From positions 1 through 59,866 of the forward strand of contig CAZNGS010000020.1 of the NCBI GenBank assembly GCA_964572825.1: a stretch of DNA of 59,866 nucleotides, given 5' to 3'. Of the stretch, positions 9,236 through 17,267 are shown piece after piece. Below the pieces are notes generated by a model. That model was not told the origin of the DNA and ran no database searches. It was given only the letters and a program-made list of their open reading frames with translations. The position numbers were made by a program, and so were the translations under genes. The number at the start of each line of letters is the position of its first letter. Position 1 is the first letter of the stretch. This stretch comes from an uncultured candidatus Brocadiaceae bacterium. Lineage in GTDB: Bacteria; Planctomycetota; Brocadiia; SM23-32.

Positions 9236-11498
9236 CCAATCCAGCGGACCGGCCGGGGGATGTCCCCCGCCGGAGCTGATCCGGAGGGTGGCCGCCGGAT
9301 GCGCGGCGCCGGATGAAGAACAGCAGGTGGCCCGGCACCTCGATGCCTGCCGGTCCTGCCGGGAGGTGTTCGACGACGCGCTCCCCTTTCGTGAGCGCCT
9401 GGCGGAGCTGCAGGAAGCCGGCACGTCGGCCTTTGAATCGGCAGAGCAAGAAACTCCCCCTTGGGTGCGGCCGACCATCGTGCGGGATGCCGAGGGCCTG
9501 ACGCTGGCGGGCGGCCTGCGCCTGGGCAAGCCGCGGACGACGGATTACCTGGCCTCCCTGGGGGACTACGACATCGCCTCGGTGATCGGCCAGGGGGGGA
9601 TGGCGGTGGTGCTGAAGGCCTACGAGCCAAGCCTCGACCGCCACGTGGCCCTGAAGGTGATGAGTTCCGAATTGTGCGCCGACGAGGTGGCGCGCAAACG
9701 CTTCAAGCGCGAGGCCAGGTCCGCCGCGCGGCTTCACCACCCCAACATCGTCACCATACACACCGTCGGGGAGGATCGCGGCATACCGTTCATCTGCATG
9801 GAATACGTGCCCGGGCAGTCGCTGGCGCTGCTGATCAGCGAGCAGGCCCCCCTGGACGCCTCCACGGCCGCCAGATACGGCCTGGAGATGATCACTGCAC
9901 TGGGCCATGCGCACCGGCATGATATAGTCCACCGCGACGTGAAACCGGCCAACGTGCTGATCGAAAAGGAATCCGACCGCGCCAGACTGACCGATTTCGG
10001 CCTCACCCGGGGCGTGCAGGACGACGTGCGCTACACCCGGGAGGGCGCCGTGACCGGCACGCCCTGGTACATGTCCCCGGAACAGGCGATCGGCACGGCG
10101 AGCCTGGATGGCCGCAGCGACCTGTTCTCCGCGGGGGTGGTTCTGTTCGAGATGCTGGCCGGCGCCCTCCCCTTCCCGGGTCCGAACGGAAGGGAAGTGA
10201 TGGCAAAGATACGAAAGGCATCGGCGCCGGACCTCCGCGAGTTTGCTCCGGGCGTGCCGGCGCAGCTGGCCCGCGTGGTGGAAAAGGCCCTCCGCAAGCA
10301 GCCCGACCGCCGCTACCAGAAGGCCGAAGAATTCGCGGATGACCTGAGGGCTTTTCTGAAGGCATACTCCCCGACCATAGTCCTGGAAGACTCACCCGGT
10401 GTGAAAGGCAGTGCCTCGGGCTCCGCAGGGCGGAATGCCGGGGCCCGCGTGACGCGCTGCGCTGCCTGCTCGAAAAGTATCGCCAGCCGCCTGGGGGTGG
10501 CGGGCGAATGCGAGGTCTGCGGAGCGCCTATCTGCGCGCGGTGCTGGAGCGCCCGCGGCGTGCGTCGGTGCCGGGAACATCAGGACGCAGCGGAGGCCGG
10601 TGAACCGGCCGGACCCGCATCCGCACGCCAGGCCGAAGCCCCTGCCCCCGCCGGTGCGACGTCCCCCGATGATTCCCCCGAGGAGAGTGTCTCCGCGGAG
10701 GGGGCCCGGGTGGCGGAGGAAAGCTTTCTGCGCTGTTTCCGGAACGCTCTGGGCGAAATCTCCCAGGTGACCGATCCGATCAGCGGGCAGAAGATCGAAA
10801 TCAAAAGCTGGCAGGACATGCTGACCAGCTCCGACGATCTGGAAGATGTACAGTCTCTGCTCAAGCACCCCACGTCGGAGGAGGAAGTCCGTCGCCGCTA
10901 CCCCGTCCGGGCTCGGCTGGAGGCGCGGGCGGGGAGCAGGCGCCTCACCGGCCGGAAACCCCGCGTGGTCATCGTGGGCCGCTCCCTGTCGCGGATCGAG
11001 CAGTACTGTGGGCGCGGGCAAGACTCCCGGCCATTGACCCGGACCGAACTGGAGGCCGCCCTCAACGAGTCGGCCGCCCGGGCCCGCGAGCAGGAAACGT
11101 GGCGATTGCTGGTCCTGCACAGTCCCACCGGGTGGGAGCCCGATGCGCGGGCATACGTTACCGGAGACGGAGCAACGCCATTCCGCGATCGATACGTGAG
11201 TCCGGCCCTTTTCGACCGGGAAACGGAGGGATTCCTTTACAACCCCGGTGATGAGCGGCTGGCGGCCTACCGGGACGTTCTCTCGCCCCGCGTGGACCGC
11301 GCAGTGCTGGAACGGGCGCGACGGTTCGTCCTGGATTACGTGGACGTGCACGCGTCAGTGTCCCTGGACACCCTGTGCGCCGAGCTGTCCCTGGGGCGCA
11401 GGGCCGGCCTGCGCGTTCTGCGCGCGCTGGGTCAGGAACAGCGCCTGCGCCTCGAAGAGGTCCAGGGCGTGGGAACTGTCCTCTACAGGGCCTCCTGA
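9228..11498 (+). CDS. Anti-sigma-like zinc-finger protein fused to a Ser/Thr protein kinase, with a C-terminal extension of about 370 aa of unknown function that contains a Cys4 zinc ribbon.
   Basis: The N-terminus has HLDACRSCREVFDD, the anti-sigma zinc-finger motif. It carries a Hanks kinase domain (GQGGMAVVLKAY..ALKVM, HRDVKPANVLI, DFGL, GTPWYMSPEQ). The C-terminus has CAACSKS...CEVCGAPICARCW. Confidence 0.8.
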   Translation: MNSQSSGPAGGCPPPELIRRVAAGCAAPDEEQQVARHLDACRSCREVFDDALPFRERLAELQEAGTSAFESAEQETPPWVRPTIVRDAEGLTLAGGLRLGKPRTTDYLASLGDYDIASVIGQGGMAVVLKAYEPSLDRHVALKVMSSELCADEVARKRFKREARSAARLHHPNIVTIHTVGEDRGIPFICMEYVPGQSLALLISEQAPLDASTAARYGLEMITALGHAHRHDIVHRDVKPANVLIEKESDRARLTDFGLTRGVQDDVRYTREGAVTGTPWYMSPEQAIGTASLDGRSDLFSAGVVLFEMLAGALPFPGPNGREVMAKIRKASAPDLREFAPGVPAQLARVVEKALRKQPDRRYQKAEEFADDLRAFLKAYSPTIVLEDSPGVKGSASGSAGRNAGARVTRCAACSKSIASRLGVAGECEVCGAPICARCWSARGVRRCREHQDAAEAGEPAGPASARQAEAPAPAGATSPDDSPEESVSAEGARVAEESFLRCFRNALGEISQVTDPISGQKIEIKSWQDMLTSSDDLEDVQSLLKHPTSEEEVRRRYPVRARLEARAGSRRLTGRKPRVVIVGRSLSRIEQYCGRGQDSRPLTRTELEAALNESAARAREQETWRLLVLHSPTGWEPDARAYVTGDGATPFRDRYVSPALFDRETEGFLYNPGDERLAAYRDVLSPRVDRAVLERARRFVLDYVDVHASVSLDTLCAELSLGRRAGLRVLRALGQEQRLRLEEVQGVGTVLYRAS

Positions 11499-11526
11499 CA
11501 GTACATAGAGCGAAAGGAGACGAAGA

Positions 11527-12183
11527 ATGTCCTTGATCGAGAACATCAAGCAAGTCTTCCGGCGCGGCACGCGGCTGGAGGACGTGGACGTGGACGAGTT
11601 GACACGGGAGAAGGTGCGCGTCGAACAGATCGAGAGACGCATCTCCCGGGAATTCGACAGGACGGAGGGCCAGAAGGAGCAGTTGTTCCGGCGTGGCACG
11701 GACCGGACCGGCCGGCGATGGCGGACCATGCTGGCGCGCAAGATAAAGCAGCTCGATCGCCGCGCCCGCGCCAAAGAGCAACAGCTCGCCCTGCTGAGCA
11801 GGCATCTGCGCATCATCGACGGCCTGCTGCGTGTCAAGGAGAACCTGGCCACGCTCCGGCAGCTCGAGCTGGGGTCGGTCATCTCGGCCATGCCCCTCTC
11901 CGACCTGACCGAATACGTCGAGAAGGCCAGCGTGGAGGGACAGTTCGAGATGGAGAAATTCGCTCGACTGGTCGGCGTGCTTGACGGGACGCTGGATGCC
12001 GAAGACTATGAGGACGAAGCAGACGTCGAAGAGATCGTGGCGGCCATGGAGGAGGCACGGGCCGCCGAGGAAGACGGCCAGCCCGCGGAGCTTTCCTCCG
12101 CCTTCAACAGGGTCAACCGCGTGCTCCGCGAGCGACGCGTCCCCGAGGCCCGGGAAATGGAAACGGGAGCCCCCGTTAGCTGA
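11527..12183 (+). CDS. Coiled-coil Snf7/ESCRT-III-like protein.
   Basis: 218 aa, all helical, with a basic N-terminal half and an acidic C-terminal half (DAEDYEDEADVEEIV...). The core LARKIKQLDRRARAKEQQLALLSRHLRIIDGLLRVKENLATLRQLELGSVISAM resembles the Snf7 alpha2-alpha3 region ALQALKRKKRYEKQLAQIDGTLSTIEFQREALENA...AAKAM. Confidence 0.5.
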   Translation: MSLIENIKQVFRRGTRLEDVDVDELTREKVRVEQIERRISREFDRTEGQKEQLFRRGTDRTGRRWRTMLARKIKQLDRRARAKEQQLALLSRHLRIIDGLLRVKENLATLRQLELGSVISAMPLSDLTEYVEKASVEGQFEMEKFARLVGVLDGTLDAEDYEDEADVEEIVAAMEEARAAEEDGQPAELSSAFNRVNRVLRERRVPEAREMETGAPVS

Positions 12184-12191
12184 GGACGGCC

Positions 12192-13358
12192 ATGAGCGTG
12201 GATCTGACCGGCAGTTTGTATGCGGCCTATCGCGGCGCCGTGCGGCGCGGCCAACAGCTCCGTCGCGTGGGCGAGGATCGGCGGGCGGCCGCCGCCTTCC
12301 GCAGTGCCGCGCGGCTGGGCGCCCGCTATGGCGCCTCCGGCGCGGGAACGGCCGAAAGGGAGCGGAGGCTGCGCCAGAGCCGCCGGCTTGAATGGCTGGC
12401 CGACGAACTGGAGCGTGGCCCGTCCTCGACCTGCTCCCCCCCGGGGGAGCGCCGGCAACCCGAAAAGGAGGACGAACTGACGGCCCGGATCGAGGAGCTG
12501 ATCACACGGACCGAGCTCACCTGGGACGACGTCGGCGGCCTGGATGAGGCGAAGTCGCAGCTCCGCACCGCCTTCGCCCTGGCCGTGGCGCGCAAGCCCC
12601 GGGGCGTGCGGATTGACACGGCGCCCAACATCCTGCTCTACGGCCCTCCGGGCACCGGAAAGTCACTGCTGGCGGTGGCCGCCTCGAATTGCCTGGACAC
12701 CACGTTCTTCAGCGTGAAGCCCGGCGGCGTGCTGTCGAAATGGTTCGGCGAATCGCCCCGCCTGGTGACACGGCTCTACCAACTGGCCCGGCGAAGGGCG
12801 CCTTCGGTGGTGTTCATCGACGAACTGGAATCGCTCTTCCCGTCGCGAGACCGGGCGCAGTCCGGCGCCGAGTGCCGACTCCTTTCCGCCCTCCTCAGCG
12901 AGATCAGCGGGGTGCGCGCGGGAGGGAGCGAATCGCCGGTCTTCACCCTGGGCGCCACCAACGCCCCCTGGTTGATGGACGAGGCGGCCCTCAGTCGGTT
13001 CGGCAGGCGCATCTACGTGGGCCTGCCCGATGAAGGGGCGCGGCGTGCCATCCTCCAGATTCACCTGCACCGGAACGGGCACCGACTGGATTTCCCCCTG
13101 GGGCGGCTGGTGCGTGGCACCGCCGGATTCAGCGGCCGGCAGATCGCCGACCTCTGCACCCGGGCGGTGGAGAGCATGGTGGCCGCGCGCAACCCCGACA
13201 TCGAGCAAGCAGCCTCCGGGTGCCGGCGCGCGGTACCTTACCGGATCAGGACGCGGCCCCTGCAATGGCACGATTTCGAGAAGGCGCTGGACCGAATGCA
13301 ACCCGACACCTCGTCCGGCACGCTCCGCAGGTTCGAGAACTGGCAGAGACCCCGATAA
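12192..13358 (+). CDS. Vps4/CdvC-like (meiotic-clade) AAA+ ATPase with an N-terminal MIT-like helical domain.
   Basis: Walker A is LLYGPPGTGKS. LSKWFGESPRLVTRLYQLARRRAPSVVFIDELESL aligns with Vps4 [35 protein letters not shown]. The clade-specific motif LGATNAPWLMDEAALSRFGRRIYVGLPD aligns with Vps4 [28 protein letters not shown]. The N-terminal 75 aa are a basic/Ala-rich helical segment like a MIT domain. Confidence 0.75.
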   Translation: MSVDLTGSLYAAYRGAVRRGQQLRRVGEDRRAAAAFRSAARLGARYGASGAGTAERERRLRQSRRLEWLADELERGPSSTCSPPGERRQPEKEDELTARIEELITRTELTWDDVGGLDEAKSQLRTAFALAVARKPRGVRIDTAPNILLYGPPGTGKSLLAVAASNCLDTTFFSVKPGGVLSKWFGESPRLVTRLYQLARRRAPSVVFIDELESLFPSRDRAQSGAECRLLSALLSEISGVRAGGSESPVFTLGATNAPWLMDEAALSRFGRRIYVGLPDEGARRAILQIHLHRNGHRLDFPLGRLVRGTAGFSGRQIADLCTRAVESMVAARNPDIEQAASGCRRAVPYRIRTRPLQWHDFEKALDRMQPDTSSGTLRRFENWQRPR

Positions 13359-13370
13359 AAGGAAACAGAC

Positions 13371-13964
13371 ATGGGACTGTTCAAATCAAAGACGCAACGC
13401 AAGCTGGAAAGAGAGATCAAGGCCCGCCGGGGTAAAACCCGGATCAAGCGGTTCATCAAAAGCACCGAAAAGGTGCGCAAACGATACTGGGACCTGGCGC
13501 GGGATGCCCTGCGGCTCGGCGACCGGGAGCAGTTCCGCCCGCTCGCCGCGGCCTACGTGCGCGCCGACCAGCAGGTGAACCGCTGGCGGCGCTACCTGCT
13601 CCAGTTGGAAACGCTCCAGGTGCGCCAGCGCGAGGTCAGCGCCACCGGCGAGTTCCTGGAGAGCGTCTCCGCCATGACCAGTTCCATGCTGCGCGGCGCA
13701 GACGCCGAGCAGGTGGCCGCCATGCAGGCGAACCTGGAGGAAGCCCTGGCCCGGTCCCGCGCCGTCGAGGACATGCTGTCCGTCGCGCTGGACGCCAGCG
13801 CGGACTCTATCTTCGGCACGGAAGAGCTCGACGAAGGCCAGCTCGAAGAGCTCTCTCAGGTCATGCTGGCAGACGAGGAGGAACAGGACGAAGTGCGCGG
13901 AGAACAGCCCATCGCCGCCGGCCTGAGGGAGATCGAGCGCGAGATGAGGAGGGAGATGGAGTGA
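13371..13964 (+). CDS. Snf7/CHMP (ESCRT-III)-like protein.
   Basis: 197 aa with a basic N-terminal helix (MGLFKSKTQRKLEREIKARRGKTRIKRF), like the CHMP MGLFGK N-termini. The core DLARDALRLGDREQFRPLAAAYVRADQQVNRWRRYLLQLETLQVRQREVSATGEFLESVSAMTSSMLR parallels the CHMP2A segment MAKQGQMDAVRIMAKDLVRTRRYVRKFVLMRANIQAVSLKIQ...AMKGVTKAMGTMNR. The acidic C-terminus ends in a possible MIM-like helix (GLREIEREMRR). Confidence 0.55.
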   Translation: MGLFKSKTQRKLEREIKARRGKTRIKRFIKSTEKVRKRYWDLARDALRLGDREQFRPLAAAYVRADQQVNRWRRYLLQLETLQVRQREVSATGEFLESVSAMTSSMLRGADAEQVAAMQANLEEALARSRAVEDMLSVALDASADSIFGTEELDEGQLEELSQVMLADEEEQDEVRGEQPIAAGLREIEREMRREME

Positions 13965-15070
13965 GCGACCCCCTGCAGACAGCCCTGCGTCACCTGGACC
14001 TGGCCGTCGAGACGCGCCGCCGGGGGGAACGCTCCGCCGCACGCACGCACTACCTGCGGGCGGCCCGCTGCATGCTGCGGGCCGCCGCCGGCAGCACGGG
14101 TCAGGCGCGCGGCCCACGCCTGCGGAAAGCAGGGGAGCTGCTCGATCGGGCGCGACGGCTCAGCAGCGCGGCCCCCCGGGCCGGCGAGGATGCGGAGCAG
14201 AGCGCCCCCCGGCCGGTCCGGGAGCGCGGCGCCGTCCGGTTCGATGACGTGGTAGGGCTGGAGCGGGCGAAACAGGAGATAAGACTCCGCCTGATCTACC
14301 CGCTGCAGCATCCCGAGAAGGCGGCGCGCTACGGCATCCGCCGGGGTGGAGGGATTCTCCTTTACGGTCCCCCCGGCACGGGCAAAACCCTGCTGGCAAG
14401 GGCCGTGGCGGGGGAAATCGATGCCCCCTTTTTCACCGCCTCTCCTTCCACCATCATGTCCCGCTGGGTGGGTGAGGCAGAACAGAACGTCGCCCGGCTG
14501 TTTGCCCGTGCGCGGCGGCATGAACGGGCCGTGATCTTCCTGGACGAAGTGGAGGCGCTGCTGCCGGCGCGGGCGCTGAGCACTTCCGACGTGATGCGCC
14601 GGGTGGTGCCCCAGATGCTGGCTGAAATGCAGGGGTTCACCCGGGGCGAGGGCGCGCTGCTGTTCCTGGCCGCCACCAATGCCCCCTGGGCCCTGGACCC
14701 GGCCGCGTTGCGCCCGGGACGGCTCGACGTGCGGGTCCACGTGGGGCTGCCGGACCGCGATGCCCGGCGGGCCATGCTGCGGCTCAACCTGCAGAAGCGC
14801 CCGGTGGGGCCGGACGTGAACCTGGATGTGCTGGCGGAGAAAACCGGGAGATGCAGCGGCGCGGACCTGGCGGACCTCTGCGAGCGGGCCGCCGCCGCGG
14901 TGTTTATCGAGAGCATCCGCAGGGGCGTCACGCGACGCATCCGCATGGGCGACCTCCTGTCGATGCTCGCGGAAATGCGACCGTCCGTATCGGCCCGGAG
15001 CGCGGAGGCCTACGAGCGATGGAACCAAAAGGCAGGGAGTTGGTTCGAAAATGCTGCGGCTTCTCGGTAA
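13961..15070 (+). CDS. Second Vps4-like AAA+ ATPase with an MIT-like N-terminus.
   Basis: Walker A is LLYGPPGTGKT. IMSRWVGEAEQNVARLFARARRHERAVIFLDEVEAL and LAATNAPWALDPAALRPGRLD match the Vps4/spastin clade. The N-terminus LRHLDLAVETRRRGERSAARTHYLRAARCMLRAAA...KAGELLDRARRL is MIT-like. It overlaps the upstream gene by 4 nt (ATGA). Confidence 0.75.
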   Translation: MSDPLQTALRHLDLAVETRRRGERSAARTHYLRAARCMLRAAAGSTGQARGPRLRKAGELLDRARRLSSAAPRAGEDAEQSAPRPVRERGAVRFDDVVGLERAKQEIRLRLIYPLQHPEKAARYGIRRGGGILLYGPPGTGKTLLARAVAGEIDAPFFTASPSTIMSRWVGEAEQNVARLFARARRHERAVIFLDEVEALLPARALSTSDVMRRVVPQMLAEMQGFTRGEGALLFLAATNAPWALDPAALRPGRLDVRVHVGLPDRDARRAMLRLNLQKRPVGPDVNLDVLAEKTGRCSGADLADLCERAAAAVFIESIRRGVTRRIRMGDLLSMLAEMRPSVSARSAEAYERWNQKAGSWFENAAASR

Positions 15071-15503
15071 AGTATTGACGTCGCGGTTCACTGCCGCCGG
15101 GGTGATAGCGCTCCTGGCGTGGCAGGGCTGGACGGCGATGGGTCCCGCCGCCACGCCGAAGATGACCGCACGGCAGAGGCCGGCGCCGGCGGACCCCGCC
15201 TCGCGGGAGCAGACGGGCCCGGCGTTTGCGTGGCCGGCCCGGGCGCTCACGTGGCTGGCGGTGGTGGTGATGCTGCCCCTGGCGGTGGCGCCCCTGACGC
15301 GCAGAATGCTGGAGGCGGAGTCGAACGCCATGAACCTGGCCCTGCTGGCCGGGCTGACCGCCGCGGGCGGGTTGACGGCGTGGGCGCTGATGGAATTCCG
15401 GTTGGCCGGGTGGTGGGCCGCGCCCCTGCTGGCGCTGGCCGCGGGGGTGGCGGGTGTTTACAACTGGTTCGTGCTATCGAAACAGGAACAACTCAGGCAC
15501 TGA
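15051..15503 (+). CDS. Small integral membrane protein with 3-4 predicted TM helices.
   Basis: Strongly hydrophobic segments (VIALLAWQGW, WLAVVVMLPLAVAPL, LALLAGLTAAGGLTAWAL, WAAPLLALAAGVAGVYNWFVL). The start is uncertain and overlaps the upstream AAA gene by about 20 nt. Confidence 0.45.
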   Translation: MLRLLGKVLTSRFTAAGVIALLAWQGWTAMGPAATPKMTARQRPAPADPASREQTGPAFAWPARALTWLAVVVMLPLAVAPLTRRMLEAESNAMNLALLAGLTAAGGLTAWALMEFRLAGWWAAPLLALAAGVAGVYNWFVLSKQEQLRH

Positions 15504-15525
15504 GACGCACGGGAGGGAGTCCGTC

Positions 15526-17256
15526 ATGGCACTGTTCAGCAAGACATGTCCTTCATGCGGCGAGAAAGTCGGCCGGGCAGATTCGTTCTGCCCCCATTGC
15601 GGCACCCCGGTGCCGGGGACGAGGTTCGACTGCCCACACTGCGGTGCCACGGTGCCTGGAGAGGCGCAGTTCTGCCCGGAGTGCGGGAAGCCCGTGCGCG
15701 TGAGCCCGGAGGAATCCAGTTCCACGGACGCCTTCAACCGGTGGCGCCGGGAGGAGGGCGTGTTCGCCCGGCGCATAGATGCCACCGAACTTCGGGGCAA
15801 GGCGGGCAGGGGACTGGTCATCGAACCCGGCTCCCGCGCCCTCGTCTTCCAGGCCGGCAGACTGGTGGGAGGAGTCGAACCGGGCACCTACGACCTGACA
15901 AAGGAGGTCGAGGCAGAGGGCGGCCTGGCGGCGCGTGCGCTGCGGCTTCTCCGGCGCATCTTCCTGGGTGAAAGGGACGTCGCCCCGACCACCGCCGTGC
16001 TCATGGACGCAGGCGACGTGACCCTCACCGTGGGCTATACGGACCTGCGCACCAGCGAGGACGCCCGGGTCAACGCCACGTTCCAGATGGTGGTGCGCCT
16101 GGGGGAGCCGTCCGCGCTTTTCCAGAACCTGATGCACGGCCGACGGGAACTGAGCCACCAGGAGCTGGAGGAGCTGCTCTCCAGCGAGAGCGCCAACACG
16201 GTGCAGGCCCACGTGCGGGGTGTCTCCGTCAGGGAACTCTACGGCAACACGGAACTGGCCGATGCCCTGGAGCAGGACCTGCGTGAGAACGTCGGCAAGG
16301 CGCTGGAGGGCTACGGCCTCCAGCTCGTGCGCCTGAAATTCGTGCAGTTCTACGGCGATGCCTACGAGAAGGCGCGCGATGCCCACGAGCAGACGTTCAT
16401 GGCCGAGGAGATGGTCGCGGAAAGGGAGCGCCGCGCCGAGCTGAGGCGGCGCCTCCGGGATGTTCTGACCCAGAACAAAATGGATGAATTCGCCTCAAGC
16501 GCGGAGCTGGAGGAGTTCATCCGCCAGCAGGAGCACGAGCTGGGAATGAAGGACGTGTTGCGCCAGGAGGAGATGGAGGAGCTCAAACGAGCACACGACC
16601 AGAAAAGGCTCGAGGCCCGGCACGTGCTGGAGATGCTGGAGGTCAAGCAGAAGGGCGAGATCCTCCAGGAGAAACTCAAACAGCGTGAGGCCGTCTCCGA
16701 CGCAGAGCTGAGGGAAAAGGACAAAAAACTCGACTTTGCCCTGACTGCCCGGGGCAAAAAGGACGAACTCGACCTGCAACGCCAGCGCGAGGAGCAGGCC
16801 CTCGCCGAGGAGGCCAGGGAGGACGAAGCGCGCCGCGAAAGGGAGCGCCTCGAGACCATGCAGAACCTGAGCGAGGAGCAGATACTGGCCCTCGCCGCCA
16901 GGGAATCCCCCGAAGCGGCCAAAGCCATGGTCGAACGCTACAGGGCCCAGGCCTCCGGAAACGAGGAGGTCAAGGAGCTCTACGAGCGGATGGTGGACCG
17001 ACTGGAGAGGATGTCGCGCGAAAGCATGCGCGCCCAGGCCGACACCGCCGCCGGCCGCATCGGCGCCGAGCGTCAGAGGGCCGACCAGGCGAAGGAAATG
17101 TCCGAGAAGGCCATGGAGGGCATGGCCCACGTGGCCGGTGCCAGGGCCGGCGCCCAACCGGCCGAGGCCGTGGAAGCGCGCTGCCCCAACTGCAACAATC
17201 CCGTCGGGACGGATGACGCCTTCTGCGGCCATTGCGGCCACAAACTCAAGGAATAG
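15526..17256 (+). CDS. Double zinc-ribbon protein with an SPFH/band-7 (flotillin-like) domain and a long coiled coil.
   Basis: The N-terminus has CPSCG...FCPHCG...CPHCG...FCPECG. The SPFH-like core is GLVIEPGSRALVFQAGRLVGGVEPGTYDL ... VRLKFVQFY. A long E/R/K-rich coiled coil follows. The C-terminus has the zinc ribbon CPNCNN...FCGHCGH. An RBS GGGAGGGAG lies upstream. Confidence 0.7.
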   Translation: MALFSKTCPSCGEKVGRADSFCPHCGTPVPGTRFDCPHCGATVPGEAQFCPECGKPVRVSPEESSSTDAFNRWRREEGVFARRIDATELRGKAGRGLVIEPGSRALVFQAGRLVGGVEPGTYDLTKEVEAEGGLAARALRLLRRIFLGERDVAPTTAVLMDAGDVTLTVGYTDLRTSEDARVNATFQMVVRLGEPSALFQNLMHGRRELSHQELEELLSSESANTVQAHVRGVSVRELYGNTELADALEQDLRENVGKALEGYGLQLVRLKFVQFYGDAYEKARDAHEQTFMAEEMVAERERRAELRRRLRDVLTQNKMDEFASSAELEEFIRQQEHELGMKDVLRQEEMEELKRAHDQKRLEARHVLEMLEVKQKGEILQEKLKQREAVSDAELREKDKKLDFALTARGKKDELDLQRQREEQALAEEAREDEARRERERLETMQNLSEEQILALAARESPEAAKAMVERYRAQASGNEEVKELYERMVDRLERMSRESMRAQADTAAGRIGAERQRADQAKEMSEKAMEGMAHVAGARAGAQPAEAVEARCPNCNNPVGTDDAFCGHCGHKLKE

Positions 17257-17267
17257 CGGGGGATCGA

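Noticed and set aside
11527-13964. Considered calling the two small coiled-coil proteins PspA/Vipp1 (IM30) rather than Snf7-like.
   Set aside because: By eye, the by-hand alignment to E. coli PspA is poor. The alignment to the Snf7/CHMP2 core is better, and the partner ATPases are Vps4-type with MIT-like domains. I therefore labelled them ESCRT-III/Snf7-like, but the PspA-superfamily alternative remains open until HMM searches are run.
17232-17267. An alternative upstream start (MRPQTQGIAGDR) for the ZnR-DUF4384 gene that overlaps the SPFH gene.
   Set aside because: The downstream ATG at 17268 has a better-spaced purine-rich RBS and avoids a 25-nt overlap. Either start is possible.
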